Part shown: positions 10,737-20,528 of the stretch, piece by piece | Numbering within the stretch: the first letter of the stretch is position 1 | How the letters are laid out: each line of letters begins with the position of its first letter | NCBI GenBank assembly: GCA_044349155.1 | Contig: JBIKRQ010000002.1 | Location: forward strand, 5,606 to 69,605 | Reading direction: 5' to 3' | Length of the DNA: 64,000 nucleotides | DNA from: Myxococcota bacterium | GTDB lineage: Bacteria; Myxococcota; UBA727; VGSZ01 | Notes under the pieces: generated by a model | The model's input: the letters and a program-made list of their open reading frames with translations, nothing else | Told to the model about the DNA's origin: nothing | Databases searched by the model: none | Program-made: the position numbers and the translations under genes

Positions 10737-11756
10737 CTATGGCGTCGCGGGGCCATTGCAAGCGCGTGCGCGTGCGTCGTTGGCGTACTGCGCCACGCGC
10801 GCGGTCCACGCGGCAGGCAAGCCGTGCACGTCGTGGCCCCGCTGCAGCTGCTCGACCACGCGCGCCGCGTCGCGCACCACACGGGCCCGATGCGCCCGCG
10901 CCACGTCGAGAAACAACGCCGCTTCGTCTTCGCCAAGCAGGAACGTGTGCCACAGCCAGTACAACGCCGACGGCACCCATCGCTTCGCGGCTGCCGTTCG
11001 ACGCGCGAGCACTTCGGGGTCGTGGGGCAGCTTGAACCACGACGTCGTCAACATCGGCAGGGTGCCCAGCACCTCGAGCACCCACCGCGCGCGATCGAGC
11101 AACGCGTCGGGGTGGGGCAGGGCACCAGCGAGCAGGCCGTCGTCGTCCTCGTCGTCGAGCACGCGCGCAAAGCGGGCTGGTTCGCGCAACACCACTGGCG
11201 ACAACCACTGCTGGCCCACGCCGGCTGCAACGATCCCCGCATCGACGGCGTGGCTGACGGCGGCGACGTACACCAGCTCGTCGAGGCTGAGAAACGGCGA
11301 CCGTGTCAGACGCAACGTGGGGGCGCAGCGATAGATGGCCCCGCTGGTCGACGACAACGACGGCAGTGCGATGTGCATGCTGTCGCCGCTGGCTGTGCGC
11401 GCCACGCACACGGTGCCCGCCAACAGCTCCACCAACGCGGTGCTGCCTGGCACATCGTGAGCGTGCTGCAGCACGCGCACAAAGGCGTTGTCGTCGTCGT
11501 GAACAGTGACCGTCGGCAGGTCGAAGTGCAGGGCACTACACGTCGCAGTGTGCACCTGCAGCAACGCCGCATGCACCTCGGCCACGGCCACACACGCTGA
11601 CTCGCCCAACACCTGCGGCAGTGCATCGAGGCTGCCCCACGTCGTCGACACCGAGGCTGCGTCGTGCGCGCCAACACTGCTGCACCAGGCCACCAGGCGT
11701 GGGCCGATGAAGCCGTTTGCAGGTGGCGAGAGTGCGGCGCGCGCGAGCTCGTTCAT
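10737..11756 (-). CDS. Hypothetical protein, short paralogue of the N-terminal part of the upstream SUKH-like protein
   Basis: ATGA overlap with the upstream stop; collinear similarity blocks with 11753-14824 (see findings). Confidence 0.75.
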   Translation of the reverse strand: MNELARAALSPPANGFIGPRLVAWCSSVGAHDAASVSTTWGSLDALPQVLGESACVAVAEVHAALLQVHTATCSALHFDLPTVTVHDDDNAFVRVLQHAHDVPGSTALVELLAGTVCVARTASGDSMHIALPSLSSTSGAIYRCAPTLRLTRSPFLSLDELVYVAAVSHAVDAGIVAAGVGQQWLSPVVLREPARFARVLDDEDDDGLLAGALPHPDALLDRARWVLEVLGTLPMLTTSWFKLPHDPEVLARRTAAAKRWVPSALYWLWHTFLLGEDEAALFLDVARAHRARVVRDAARVVEQLQRGHDVHGLPAAWTARVAQYANDARARACNGPATP

Positions 11757-14700
11757 GCATCGGCCTCGGCAGTGGCAAAGCCGTGGGCCTGCAGCCATTC
11801 CTTCGCCGTCGACGCCTGCCAGCCGTAGTTCTCGGCCACCACCTGGCGCATGCCCGCTTCGACGCCCGAGTCGTCGGGTGGGTCGCGCAGCACCGGGTCT
11901 TTCACGTCGCGGTTGTGGTGTTTGAGCAGCTCGTTGCACAGCGCCACTGTCGACGGCTGCAGTGGCAGGCGCAGCAACGCCCACACGCCTTCGGTGAGCA
12001 AGCGATCTTCATCGCGCGTGAGTTCGCGCGGCACACCGGGTGGAGGGAGCGGTGCAGGGAAGCCGGGGATCGGCGCGTGTGCAGCGAAGTACGACGACGG
12101 TGGCGGGACCACCGGCACGATCGCTTCCGCACACGCGCGCACCGCGGCCTCGAGGCCGGCGCGAATGGCCGGCGCATCGTCGTCGCGCGCCTCGGGCACC
12201 AACGCGCGGGCCGCATGCTGGCGACCCTGCACGCTGACATCCGCGAGCAGCGCGAGGCGTTCCTCGTCGCTGGCGTGCTCGACGTCGAGCCAGGTGATGC
12301 GTTTGGCCGTCGGTGTCGCGCGTGTTGGCAGGAGCGAGCGCGCCCAGGCGGCCACTTCGTCGTGGCTGCTGTTGGCCAGGGCCTCGAGCACCGGCGTGGT
12401 GGCGAGTTCACGGAACGTGCGCAGCACCCGCTGTGTGAGCAAATGCCGCTTCTGCCGGTACTCCTCTTTGTAGGCACTCGCCGTGCACAGGCGCACAAGA
12501 GCCGTTTCGACATCGTCAGCCGACTTTGTTTGCAGGGCGAACAAAGCCACCGTGCGCATCGTGTGCAGCTCCAGATCGCTGTCGGAGATCTTCAAGGCGG
12601 ACACGCGCTCGGCCCACGCGACACACGTGTGTGGGGTCTGCACCGCCGCCGCCAGCGCGATGGCCAACAACGCGTCGCTGCCTTCTTCGTCCGACCTGAA
12701 CTGCTCCATGTGCGCCAGCAGGCCGGTGAACACGTCTTCGTTGAACACGGTGGGGTCAAGCAGGGCGATGCCCAACGCGCCCTGCACGCGCGTCTTTCGC
12801 ATCCAGCGCGTCGACGCCGTCGTGGCCATTGGCAGGAACTGTGTGGCGAACGCGGTGCGCAGCTCGTGGGGGGCGTTGCGCAACACTGTCCCTGTGCAAA
12901 CGGCGGCCTGCCCGTTGAGATCGTCGAAGTGCAGCGACGTGTCGAAGGCGCCTTCGCTGGGCAATGTCGGCAACCACGTGCGCAGAAAGTCGACGAACGA
13001 CGCCGTCACGGGCTCAGACCACGCCTGCGTGGCGAACAGTTCGAGCGTCCCCTTCAGGCCGTGGCGCGACTCGTCGTTGGTCAAGCGACGCAAGCGCTCA
13101 ACAAGGCCCAGGCCCACCGCGTCGGTCAACGCACCGCGGGCGGCCCACGACGACAGCAGGGTGTAGCCCACAGACGGCGTCGGCTTTGTCTCGCCGCTGC
13201 CGTGGTTGACGAGTGCGAGTGCGAGCGCCTGCAGGGCTGGGTGCGACGACTCGGCCGCCAACACCTCGACCACCTCGTCGCCCTCGTCGCTGTAGATGCG
13301 GCCATCGCGGTTGTGCACTGCGCGGATGCTGACGTCGATGGCGTGTTGCGCGCGTGGTGGCAAAAGCGGCAACAGCCGCGTCGTCATCGCTTCAAGCACG
13401 CCGTGGTTCGCTCGCGCATCGATGAATGCCGCAAGGCCATCGTCATCGACAGCGTTGAGTGCTGTGATCGTCTGCAGCCGTTCTGCTTCTGCACGTTCAG
13501 CAGCAGCGGCAGCTTCGGTCTCGCGTTCGGCCTCGCGACGGGGATCGAGGTCGAAGGCGCGAAATTTCGCCAGGCGCTCCGACCAGTTCGTGTGTTTGCC
13601 GAGCACTTCACGACCAGCACGCAGCTCGTCGATCAGGCGCGCGGCATCACGGGCGAGTCGACCACGGTGCACACGCCCCAGCGCGAGGTACTGCTCGAGC
13701 TCGGGCTCGTCGAACAGGTAGCCGCGCCACATGGCGTACAGCGCCGTCGACACGAGGCGCTCCACCGACTTGATGCGGCCAGCGAACAAAGTGGGCGTCA
13801 TCGGTACGTTCAACTTCGCGAGGAACAGCTCTGGCACATCTTCGAGGCCCGAGACCTTGTCGCTGCCGAGCACTTTGAAGATCCAGCGCGAGCGCGCGGC
13901 CATGTACGCGGCCGTTGCCGCGTTCGGCGCGTCTGACGACACAAAGTCGCTGTCGATGTCGTCGATCGAGAAGTGCCACGACGGTGCGACGCGTCCATGC
14001 AACGGCGCCAACAGCGCTTTGGCCTGCTCTTGCGTCAACCACTCCTCGCGAAACGCGTGCACCACCGCCGACAGAAACACGGCGTGATGCAAGCTGTTGG
14101 CGACGGGCTCCTGGTCAAAGGCGTGGTCGTCGTGGCTGTAGCGGGTGACGACGTGGTGGGGGTCGTCGTCGTCGGTGGGGTTGACGTCGATGTGCCAGGT
14201 GTCGCCGTCGCCGTAGCTGGCAATGCACAGGGCCGCACTGAAGGCCTCAGACAGCGCTGTGCCCAGGTAGTTGAGCTGATCGTTCAACACGCACAGCTCG
14301 AACACGTTCTCGTCGTCGTCGAATCGCCCAAGCAATGATGCATCAAGCCGCAGCTCGGTGAACGACGACCACGTGTTGTAGCCCCGCGTCAGCGTCCAGA
14401 ACGCGGCGAGCTCGCGCGGTGGCGGCACACCCCAATTGGCTTCGACGTCGTCGGGGCCGCCCGACCACAAGCGCGCCACGCGCCGCATCGCTTCGGCCTG
14501 CCAGGCATCGGGGCTCGCGGGGGCGTCACCGCGCGGCGCTTTCCGTTGTTGTTGTTCTTCTTCTTCTTCTTCTTCTTCTTCTTCTTCTTCCTCTTTTTCT
14601 TCGTCTTCTTCGTCTTCTTCTTCTTTTTCTTCTTCGTCGTCGTCGTTCGCCTCGCTCGCCTCGCTCGCCTCGCTCGCCTCGCTCGCTTCGTTCGCGGTGC

Positions 14701-14824
14701 CGTTGGCGCGCGCAGCAGCGGCCTCGGGCTGGGTGATGGCGAGGTACTGCGCGAGCCGTTCGCCGATGAAGCCGTCGGGGCCAGCAGCAAACAACGCAGC
14801 GAGAGCAGAGGTGTCGATGGTCAT
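11753..14824 (-). CDS. SMI1/KNR4 (SUKH)-like domain protein with acidic insert and helical/HEAT-like C-terminus
   Basis: VEANWGVPPPRELAAFW, CIASYGDGDTWHID and RYSHDD...VANSL match the SUKH pattern; poly-Glu tract; Ala/Leu-rich helical remainder. Confidence 0.65.
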   Translation of the reverse strand: MTIDTSALAALFAAGPDGFIGERLAQYLAITQPEAAAARANGTANEASEASEASEASEANDDDEEEKEEEDEEDEEKEEEEEEEEEEEEEQQQRKAPRGDAPASPDAWQAEAMRRVARLWSGGPDDVEANWGVPPPRELAAFWTLTRGYNTWSSFTELRLDASLLGRFDDDENVFELCVLNDQLNYLGTALSEAFSAALCIASYGDGDTWHIDVNPTDDDDPHHVVTRYSHDDHAFDQEPVANSLHHAVFLSAVVHAFREEWLTQEQAKALLAPLHGRVAPSWHFSIDDIDSDFVSSDAPNAATAAYMAARSRWIFKVLGSDKVSGLEDVPELFLAKLNVPMTPTLFAGRIKSVERLVSTALYAMWRGYLFDEPELEQYLALGRVHRGRLARDAARLIDELRAGREVLGKHTNWSERLAKFRAFDLDPRREAERETEAAAAAERAEAERLQTITALNAVDDDGLAAFIDARANHGVLEAMTTRLLPLLPPRAQHAIDVSIRAVHNRDGRIYSDEGDEVVEVLAAESSHPALQALALALVNHGSGETKPTPSVGYTLLSSWAARGALTDAVGLGLVERLRRLTNDESRHGLKGTLELFATQAWSEPVTASFVDFLRTWLPTLPSEGAFDTSLHFDDLNGQAAVCTGTVLRNAPHELRTAFATQFLPMATTASTRWMRKTRVQGALGIALLDPTVFNEDVFTGLLAHMEQFRSDEEGSDALLAIALAAAVQTPHTCVAWAERVSALKISDSDLELHTMRTVALFALQTKSADDVETALVRLCTASAYKEEYRQKRHLLTQRVLRTFRELATTPVLEALANSSHDEVAAWARSLLPTRATPTAKRITWLDVEHASDEERLALLADVSVQGRQHAARALVPEARDDDAPAIRAGLEAAVRACAEAIVPVVPPPSSYFAAHAPIPGFPAPLPPPGVPRELTRDEDRLLTEGVWALLRLPLQPSTVALCNELLKHHNRDVKDPVLRDPPDDSGVEAGMRQVVAENYGWQASTAKEWLQAHGFATAEADA
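14554..14690. repeat. Low-complexity (TTC)n and 9-bp (CTCGCTCGC)n tandem repeats encoding poly-Glu and EAS repeats
   Basis: Seen directly in the sequence. Confidence 0.9.
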
Positions 14825-14969
14825 GGGGCGACCGGTAGCAGCGCCAACGCGCCATCGAACGTGCGCACATCACGCGGGGCAGGCCCAATCCGTTGCGCTC
14901 GTGACCGTGGCGTCTCGACGTTGATCGGCCGACCTGAGGCCCGGGGGCGACCTGTGGCAACCTCGCGGC

Positions 14970-16868
14970 ATGACCCGTTCGCTGCTGCTCCTCGCGCCCT
15001 CGCTGTTGCTTGCCTCTTCCTCGTTTGCCGCGCCCGGCAGTACCGCCGGTGTGCCGGTGGCGCCGCATCCAACGTTGGAAGCCGTGGCGATCGAGTGGCC
15101 CGTTGAGGGCGACGACGACCTCGATGGTGTGGTCTCGGTGCAGTACCGCGTCGGGGGCGGTGCACTGCAGACGGCGTTGCCCCTGCGCAACGTGCCCGCC
15201 GATGCGCGCGCTGGGCATGCGTGGGCCCACCGCCACGTCGGCAGCATCTTTGGCCTGCCCGCCGACAGCGACGTCGAAGTGGTGCTGGCCTTGCGCGACC
15301 CCGACGGTGGCAACGCCGACGCCACACTCTCGACGCACACGCGCGCGCTGCCCGCAGATGCCGTCGACGCCGTGCTGGTCGACGTGACGCCTGAGACGTT
15401 TGCGGCGGCTCTCGACGCGGCTGTGCCCGGCACGGTGTTGCTGTTGGCGTCGGGGACCTACGACGGGTTCGTTGTTGCTGCCGATGGCGAGCTCGATCGC
15501 CCGATCGTGGTGCGCGGCCGTTCGCGCAACGACGTGGTGATCGACGGCGACGTTCGTCTCGACGGGCGCGCGTTTGTGCACATCGAGGCGCTGAGTATTC
15601 GCGGCAAGGTGAAGATGAACGACAGCCACCACCTCGCGGTGATGCGCTGTGCGATCACCACCCCCGAAAACGGCATCATCGCCTACGGCTCGGGCACCGT
15701 GGATGGCTACTTCGCCGACAACGTGATCAGCGGACCGACGACGACGTGGGCCGACAATGTGCTCGGCGTTGATGGCGACAACATTGGGGAAGGGATCCAA
15801 CTCACGGGGGCAGGCAACGTGATTGCGCACAACACGGTGCATGGGTTTCGCGACTGCATCTCGCTGATGGAAGGCAACGAAGCCGTCGACCAGCAGGCCA
15901 TCGACATCGTCGACAACGACCTGTCGCTGTGCGCTGACGACGGCATCGAAGCCGACTTTGCGGCCGGCAATGTTCGCGTGTTGCGCAACCGCATTACCAA
16001 CAGCTTCATCGCGTTGAGCTCGCAGCCTGGTCTTGGCGGGCCGACGTACTTTGCGCGCAACGTGGTGTTCAACACCATTCTCAGCCCGTTCAAGTTGCAG
16101 CGCAGCAGCGTTGGTGACGTCGTCGTGCACAACACGGTCGTCAAGGGTGGCGATGCCTTTGGCATCTACACGAACGAGACGTTCTCGCGCGCGCTGTTTC
16201 GCAACAACCTGTTTCTCGGCGGCGAGGGCGGCGGCACCTTCAACGGCCTCAGCAATGGCGACGGCGACGTGATCGATGCGCGCACGGCCGACGACACCTG
16301 CGACTTCGCCCACGAAGGCTACGGCTCGCTTGGCACCGGGCGTTTCAGTGGCCACCTCGGCGCACTGGCCTTCACCGATCTGGCCACGCTGCAAAAGCGG
16401 GTGCCGGGTGCTGTGGTGGTGGATGCCGCGGTGTTTGCCGTCGAGCCAGCGTCGCTGGCGTCGGGGCCGTTCCCCTTGCGTGAGCCAGCCGACCTGCGTT
16501 TGACGACGGGGGCCGCGGTCGATGCCGGCGAAGTACTGGCCACCATCAACGACGATCACGCCGGTGCCGCACCAGACCTTGGTGCCTACGAACTGGGCGC
16601 ATCGTTGCCCCACTACGGCGCACGCGTCGACGACAGCGGCGAGCCCGTGGGCGAAGGCGAAGGGGAAGGGGAAGGCGAAGGCGAACCAGCAGAAGGCGAA
16701 GGAGAGGGCGAACCAGCAGAAGGCGAAGGCGAAGGCGAAGGAGAAGGTGCAGAAGGCGAAGGCGAAGGCGAAGCAAGCGCCGATGGCTGCGCGTGCTCGT
16801 CGTCGACGATCACGCCGCTGTCGTTGTGTGCGCTGGTGCTGTTGCGTCGTCGACGTGGTCAGCGCTGA
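14970..16868 (+). CDS. Secreted right-handed beta-helix (pectin-lyase-like) protein with EG linker and MYXO-CTERM
   Basis: Signal peptide; PbH repeats (NVIAHNTVHG, DDGIEAD, NVRVLRNRI); APDLGAYE; tail DGCACSS-hydrophobic-RRRR. Confidence 0.85.
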   Translation: MTRSLLLLAPSLLLASSSFAAPGSTAGVPVAPHPTLEAVAIEWPVEGDDDLDGVVSVQYRVGGGALQTALPLRNVPADARAGHAWAHRHVGSIFGLPADSDVEVVLALRDPDGGNADATLSTHTRALPADAVDAVLVDVTPETFAAALDAAVPGTVLLLASGTYDGFVVAADGELDRPIVVRGRSRNDVVIDGDVRLDGRAFVHIEALSIRGKVKMNDSHHLAVMRCAITTPENGIIAYGSGTVDGYFADNVISGPTTTWADNVLGVDGDNIGEGIQLTGAGNVIAHNTVHGFRDCISLMEGNEAVDQQAIDIVDNDLSLCADDGIEADFAAGNVRVLRNRITNSFIALSSQPGLGGPTYFARNVVFNTILSPFKLQRSSVGDVVVHNTVVKGGDAFGIYTNETFSRALFRNNLFLGGEGGGTFNGLSNGDGDVIDARTADDTCDFAHEGYGSLGTGRFSGHLGALAFTDLATLQKRVPGAVVVDAAVFAVEPASLASGPFPLREPADLRLTTGAAVDAGEVLATINDDHAGAAPDLGAYELGASLPHYGARVDDSGEPVGEGEGEGEGEGEPAEGEGEGEPAEGEGEGEGEGAEGEGEGEASADGCACSSSTITPLSLCALVLLRRRRGQR

Positions 16869-19800
16869 TAGACGACCACGGGTTCGAGCACCTCGGTGCG
16901 CAGCGATGGCATGCCAAACCCCGTGGCGGGAGCGGCGTCGACGTGCGCCGCCACCACGAGCTGCTGACGTTGCGTGGCGTACTGCAGTGATTCGACCGTG
17001 TCCGTCGACGTGCCGCGCACGCACGCAGCCCCCAAAGACGCAGCAAGCTCGGGTTCGTTGCGCGTGGTCAGGCGCACAAATCGCGTGCCCGTCCACACCG
17101 AGAGGGCGACGTCGGCGGTACCGCCTGCCGCGTCGAGGGCCTCGCCACACCACACCAGGTCGACGCTGGCGGGCGTTGTCGTCGTGCCCGCGCCGAAGGC
17201 CTGCAGGTCGACGGTGAACAGCGTGGCAGGCGACGTGGTCGACGACGTGTGCAAGCGCCACGCATCTTCGAGGGTTTGGTTGTGCGAGGTGCCACCCACG
17301 ATCGTGAGCGCGCCGTTGTGGGTGGTTTGGGCCAACAGCCGACTGCCGGGGCGGCCCGTGCCGAGCACGTCGACGGGGATGAACTCCTGCCACGAGGTGC
17401 CATCGAAAGCCTGGATGTCGGAGCAGTTGACGTCGCTCTCGCCGTTGCAGCGGAACACGTCGTTGCCGGTGGGCTGGGCAACGTCGAGGTTGCCGCCAAC
17501 AAGCCAGGCCACGTCGCGTTCGCGATCGCCTGTGATGACGCCGCCACGACGACCATCGGGCGAGGTGGTGGGCACGATCGATGTGAGCGATGCGCCCCGC
17601 GCGACGGCGGTGGTGTCGGTGGGGCGCAGTGCGTTTGCGCCGCTGAACGCGACCGCGAACGACGACGCTGCACCAACTGCTGGATGCCCAGCACCAAGCG
17701 ACAGCGTGCCGCAGTCAACACCGCACGCGACGTCGACAACGCCGTCACGGTTGACCGAGAGCAACAGGTCGAGGGGATTTGGGTGCTCGTCGACAAAGCC
17801 CGAGCCGACGAGGACGATGGCGCGCGACGTGTCGCTCGGGTCGACGTAGGCGCCCATCACGCGTGCGAGCCGACCGTCGTTGTCGATGGGGATCGTGGTT
17901 GGCGTGTGCGCATTCCAGCTGACGCCATCGTAGTGATGGCTGGCCACCTGAACCGCGAGCCGACCGTCGACGACCGCGGTGCGCTGTTGCACCAACAGCG
18001 GCCCACCCACATCGGTCGCAAACGCGTAGCCCGCAGGGCCGTTGCTGTCGGCGTCGACAACGTCGTCAACGAGGCGCTCGGCGTTGCTGAGCGGGTCGGT
18101 GCACACCTGTGCCGCCGTGACAGGCGAGATGGCGCACTCCGAGCACCCGGCAGCGACGAGGACGTCGTCGGTGGTCGCGCCGGCCACGGAGAACGCGGCC
18201 CCACCACAGCGCGGCGTCATGCTCATGGGCGCGTAGGGCAGCAGTGCGTCGTCGACGAGCTTGAGCACCGCCCCGCTGCTGCCACCGTTGGTGATGGTGC
18301 CGACGAAGACGCCAACACCACGCACCGCGAGCCAGGCCGGCTGCTGCACCGATTCGAAGCGGAAGGTGAAGTCGGGAACGGCGACCAGGCGCTCGCTGAC
18401 GAATTGCTCGTCGACATAGCGGCGAAAGCACTTGGCGCCGCCGCATTGTCCGAGCAGTTGCACGTCACCGTTGTCGTCGACAAACGCGCCCGCGTTGAAG
18501 GTCGCGTTGTTGCAGCCAGCGCCGCTGCACTCGCCCGTCCATGTGCCCGTGTCAGGCTGAAACACCGAGACCGTTGGCTGCCCGGGCGCTACCGCGATGG
18601 GCTCGAGCGATGAACCGCCAAAGGCCAACACCCGGCGGTCGCCGTCGACGACGAGGGCAGGGCGCAGCGGGAGCGGTGCCGTGCCGCAGTCGGCCCCGCG
18701 ACACAGCAACTGCATGCGGGTGCCGTCGTACCGCCAGGTCTCGGCCGGGAGCGGTTCGAGGCAGCCGGCAATGCCGATCTGCGCGAAGGCGCCGCAGCCG
18801 TTGACGATGAGCAGCCCCTGACCCGGCGCCCACACCATCGAGTGGCCCGCGCGCGGTGCGGGCATCTGGTCGGCCGGCACGTCGACGAGCCGCTGCTCCC
18901 ACGCGGTGCCGTTCCACTCATACAGCTCGTTGGTGGTGGTGCCGTCGAGGCGCGTGCCGCCGAAGTAGACGACGACGCCGCGGTCTTCGTCGGTGACCAG
19001 CGTGCCTTCGCGGTGCGTGGGCAGCGGCGGTGCGCCGGTGGCGATGAGGTCGTGGCCTACGAGCTTGAAGGTCTGGCCGCGCGCGACGACGAGCACGAGG
19101 TGTTCCTGCGGCTCAAAGGCGAGCAACGGAAAATCCGAGAACGTGTCGAACGTCGACGAGGTCAAGGGCTCCCACCAGGTGGCTGCGGATACGGCGGCCG
19201 CCCCTTCACGCAGGGCGCGGGTGTGGTCGACGTCGCCACGCTGCTTCAGGCGCGGCAGAAAGACCTGTCGGCTGGCCACACGGTGCGGCGACGACGTGGC
19301 GCTCACCGAGGCATGCACTCGCGTTGTTGCAGCCAGCGCGACCGCGCTCAGATTGCCCGCACGATCGACGGCCACAGCGCCCACATCGGCGATGTCGACG
19401 GGAAACGAAAACGAGAACGCGCCGTCGACGGGAGCCACGCGGTTCACCGACGGTGGGGGAGCCGTGATGGCACCGGGGTCAACGGTGGTGCCGGCCAAGA
19501 CACCGAGCACCAACACCGCATCGTCGACGGTGCCTGTTGCACTGGTGGCGTCTTCGGCCAGCGCACTGCCCCACGGCGCGCGCACGAGTTCCGTGAGCTG
19601 TGGCGGTGCTGGCGGTGTGTGGTCCACCTCGACGGGCACATCGACCACGATGGTGCTGGTGTTGCCGACAGCGTCGGTGGTGTCGAGGTGCACGACGTAG
19701 GTGCCATCGTCGAGCGTCGCGATAAGCGCAGGTGGCAACGTGGTGCTCAGGCGTCGTGCATCGTCGACAGCGATGACGAGGCTCAGGTCGACGGCGATGG

Positions 19801-20467
19801 CCTCGTCGTCGTTTTCGGTAAACAGCGCGGCGGTGGCGGCGGTGGCGGGCTCGGTGAGCAGCACGTCGACAACAGCAGTGGAGTCGGCGCGAGCCGCAGT
19901 TGGTGCTGCGGGGTACAGCACGTTGGTGGTGGGCTCCGCAGCAATCTCGACGTCGGCGTCGAGCAGCTGTGGTCCGTCGACGTCGAACACGAGTGCTGTG
20001 TTCACGCTTTCCGTGGTGGTGTTGCCCGCGATGTCGACGAGCTCCACCTCCAACGAAACGGCCCCGCTCACGTCGAATGCGTCGGCAGCGACGGTCACCG
20101 AGACGCTGCCGTCGTCGTTGGCGACTTCTACGAGGTCGATGGCTTCGTTGTCGCCATCACGCGTGCGCAGGCGGCGCAGCACGGGCAGCTGTGCGAGGGG
20201 CTCGGTGGCGGTGATGGTCACGACGGAGGCCACGCTCGACGACGACACCGTTGGCGTGGCGGTGGCCGTGAGCACCTGCGGTGGTGTGGTGTCGAAGGCG
20301 GCGCCGACGGGAGCACAGCGGCCCACCTCGGTGGCGCAGACCAGGTCGGCGGGGCAGTCGTCGTCGCTGGTGCAGTCGAGTTGGACGTTGGGGCCGTAGG
20401 TGATGCTCGGAAAGCACCCGCTTGCACACAGCAGCACCACACCCGCGACCCGCACATACACACGCAT
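16859..20467 (-). CDS. Large surface lipoprotein with Cys-rich, Ig-like and kelch-like repeat regions
   Basis: Lipobox ASGC; CTSDDDCPADLVC; Ig-like D(I/A/R)(A/V)GN motifs; kelch-like YFGG..ELYEWNGTAW and PAPRAGHSMVW. Confidence 0.75.
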   Translation of the reverse strand: MRVYVRVAGVVLLCASGCFPSITYGPNVQLDCTSDDDCPADLVCATEVGRCAPVGAAFDTTPPQVLTATATPTVSSSSVASVVTITATEPLAQLPVLRRLRTRDGDNEAIDLVEVANDDGSVSVTVAADAFDVSGAVSLEVELVDIAGNTTTESVNTALVFDVDGPQLLDADVEIAAEPTTNVLYPAAPTAARADSTAVVDVLLTEPATAATAALFTENDDEAIAVDLSLVIAVDDARRLSTTLPPALIATLDDGTYVVHLDTTDAVGNTSTIVVDVPVEVDHTPPAPPQLTELVRAPWGSALAEDATSATGTVDDAVLVLGVLAGTTVDPGAITAPPPSVNRVAPVDGAFSFSFPVDIADVGAVAVDRAGNLSAVALAATTRVHASVSATSSPHRVASRQVFLPRLKQRGDVDHTRALREGAAAVSAATWWEPLTSSTFDTFSDFPLLAFEPQEHLVLVVARGQTFKLVGHDLIATGAPPLPTHREGTLVTDEDRGVVVYFGGTRLDGTTTNELYEWNGTAWEQRLVDVPADQMPAPRAGHSMVWAPGQGLLIVNGCGAFAQIGIAGCLEPLPAETWRYDGTRMQLLCRGADCGTAPLPLRPALVVDGDRRVLAFGGSSLEPIAVAPGQPTVSVFQPDTGTWTGECSGAGCNNATFNAGAFVDDNGDVQLLGQCGGAKCFRRYVDEQFVSERLVAVPDFTFRFESVQQPAWLAVRGVGVFVGTITNGGSSGAVLKLVDDALLPYAPMSMTPRCGGAAFSVAGATTDDVLVAAGCSECAISPVTAAQVCTDPLSNAERLVDDVVDADSNGPAGYAFATDVGGPLLVQQRTAVVDGRLAVQVASHHYDGVSWNAHTPTTIPIDNDGRLARVMGAYVDPSDTSRAIVLVGSGFVDEHPNPLDLLLSVNRDGVVDVACGVDCGTLSLGAGHPAVGAASSFAVAFSGANALRPTDTTAVARGASLTSIVPTTSPDGRRGGVITGDRERDVAWLVGGNLDVAQPTGNDVFRCNGESDVNCSDIQAFDGTSWQEFIPVDVLGTGRPGSRLLAQTTHNGALTIVGGTSHNQTLEDAWRLHTSSTTSPATLFTVDLQAFGAGTTTTPASVDLVWCGEALDAAGGTADVALSVWTGTRFVRLTTRNEPELAASLGAACVRGTSTDTVESLQYATQRQQLVVAAHVDAAPATGFGMPSLRTEVLEPVVVYQR

Positions 20468-20528
20468 ACGCACCACGCTGTCACACGTTGTGGCGCGACG
20501 GCAGCCATCGCTGGCATGGTGGCGGCCT

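Noticed and set aside
14546-15106. Poly-Phe ORF (and poly-Lys/poly-Ser frames)
   Set aside because: Alternative readings of the (GAA)n poly-Glu tract.
16650-16772. Regular short repeats as a possible CRISPR array
   Set aside because: In-frame Gly-Glu codons, no unique spacers, no cas genes.
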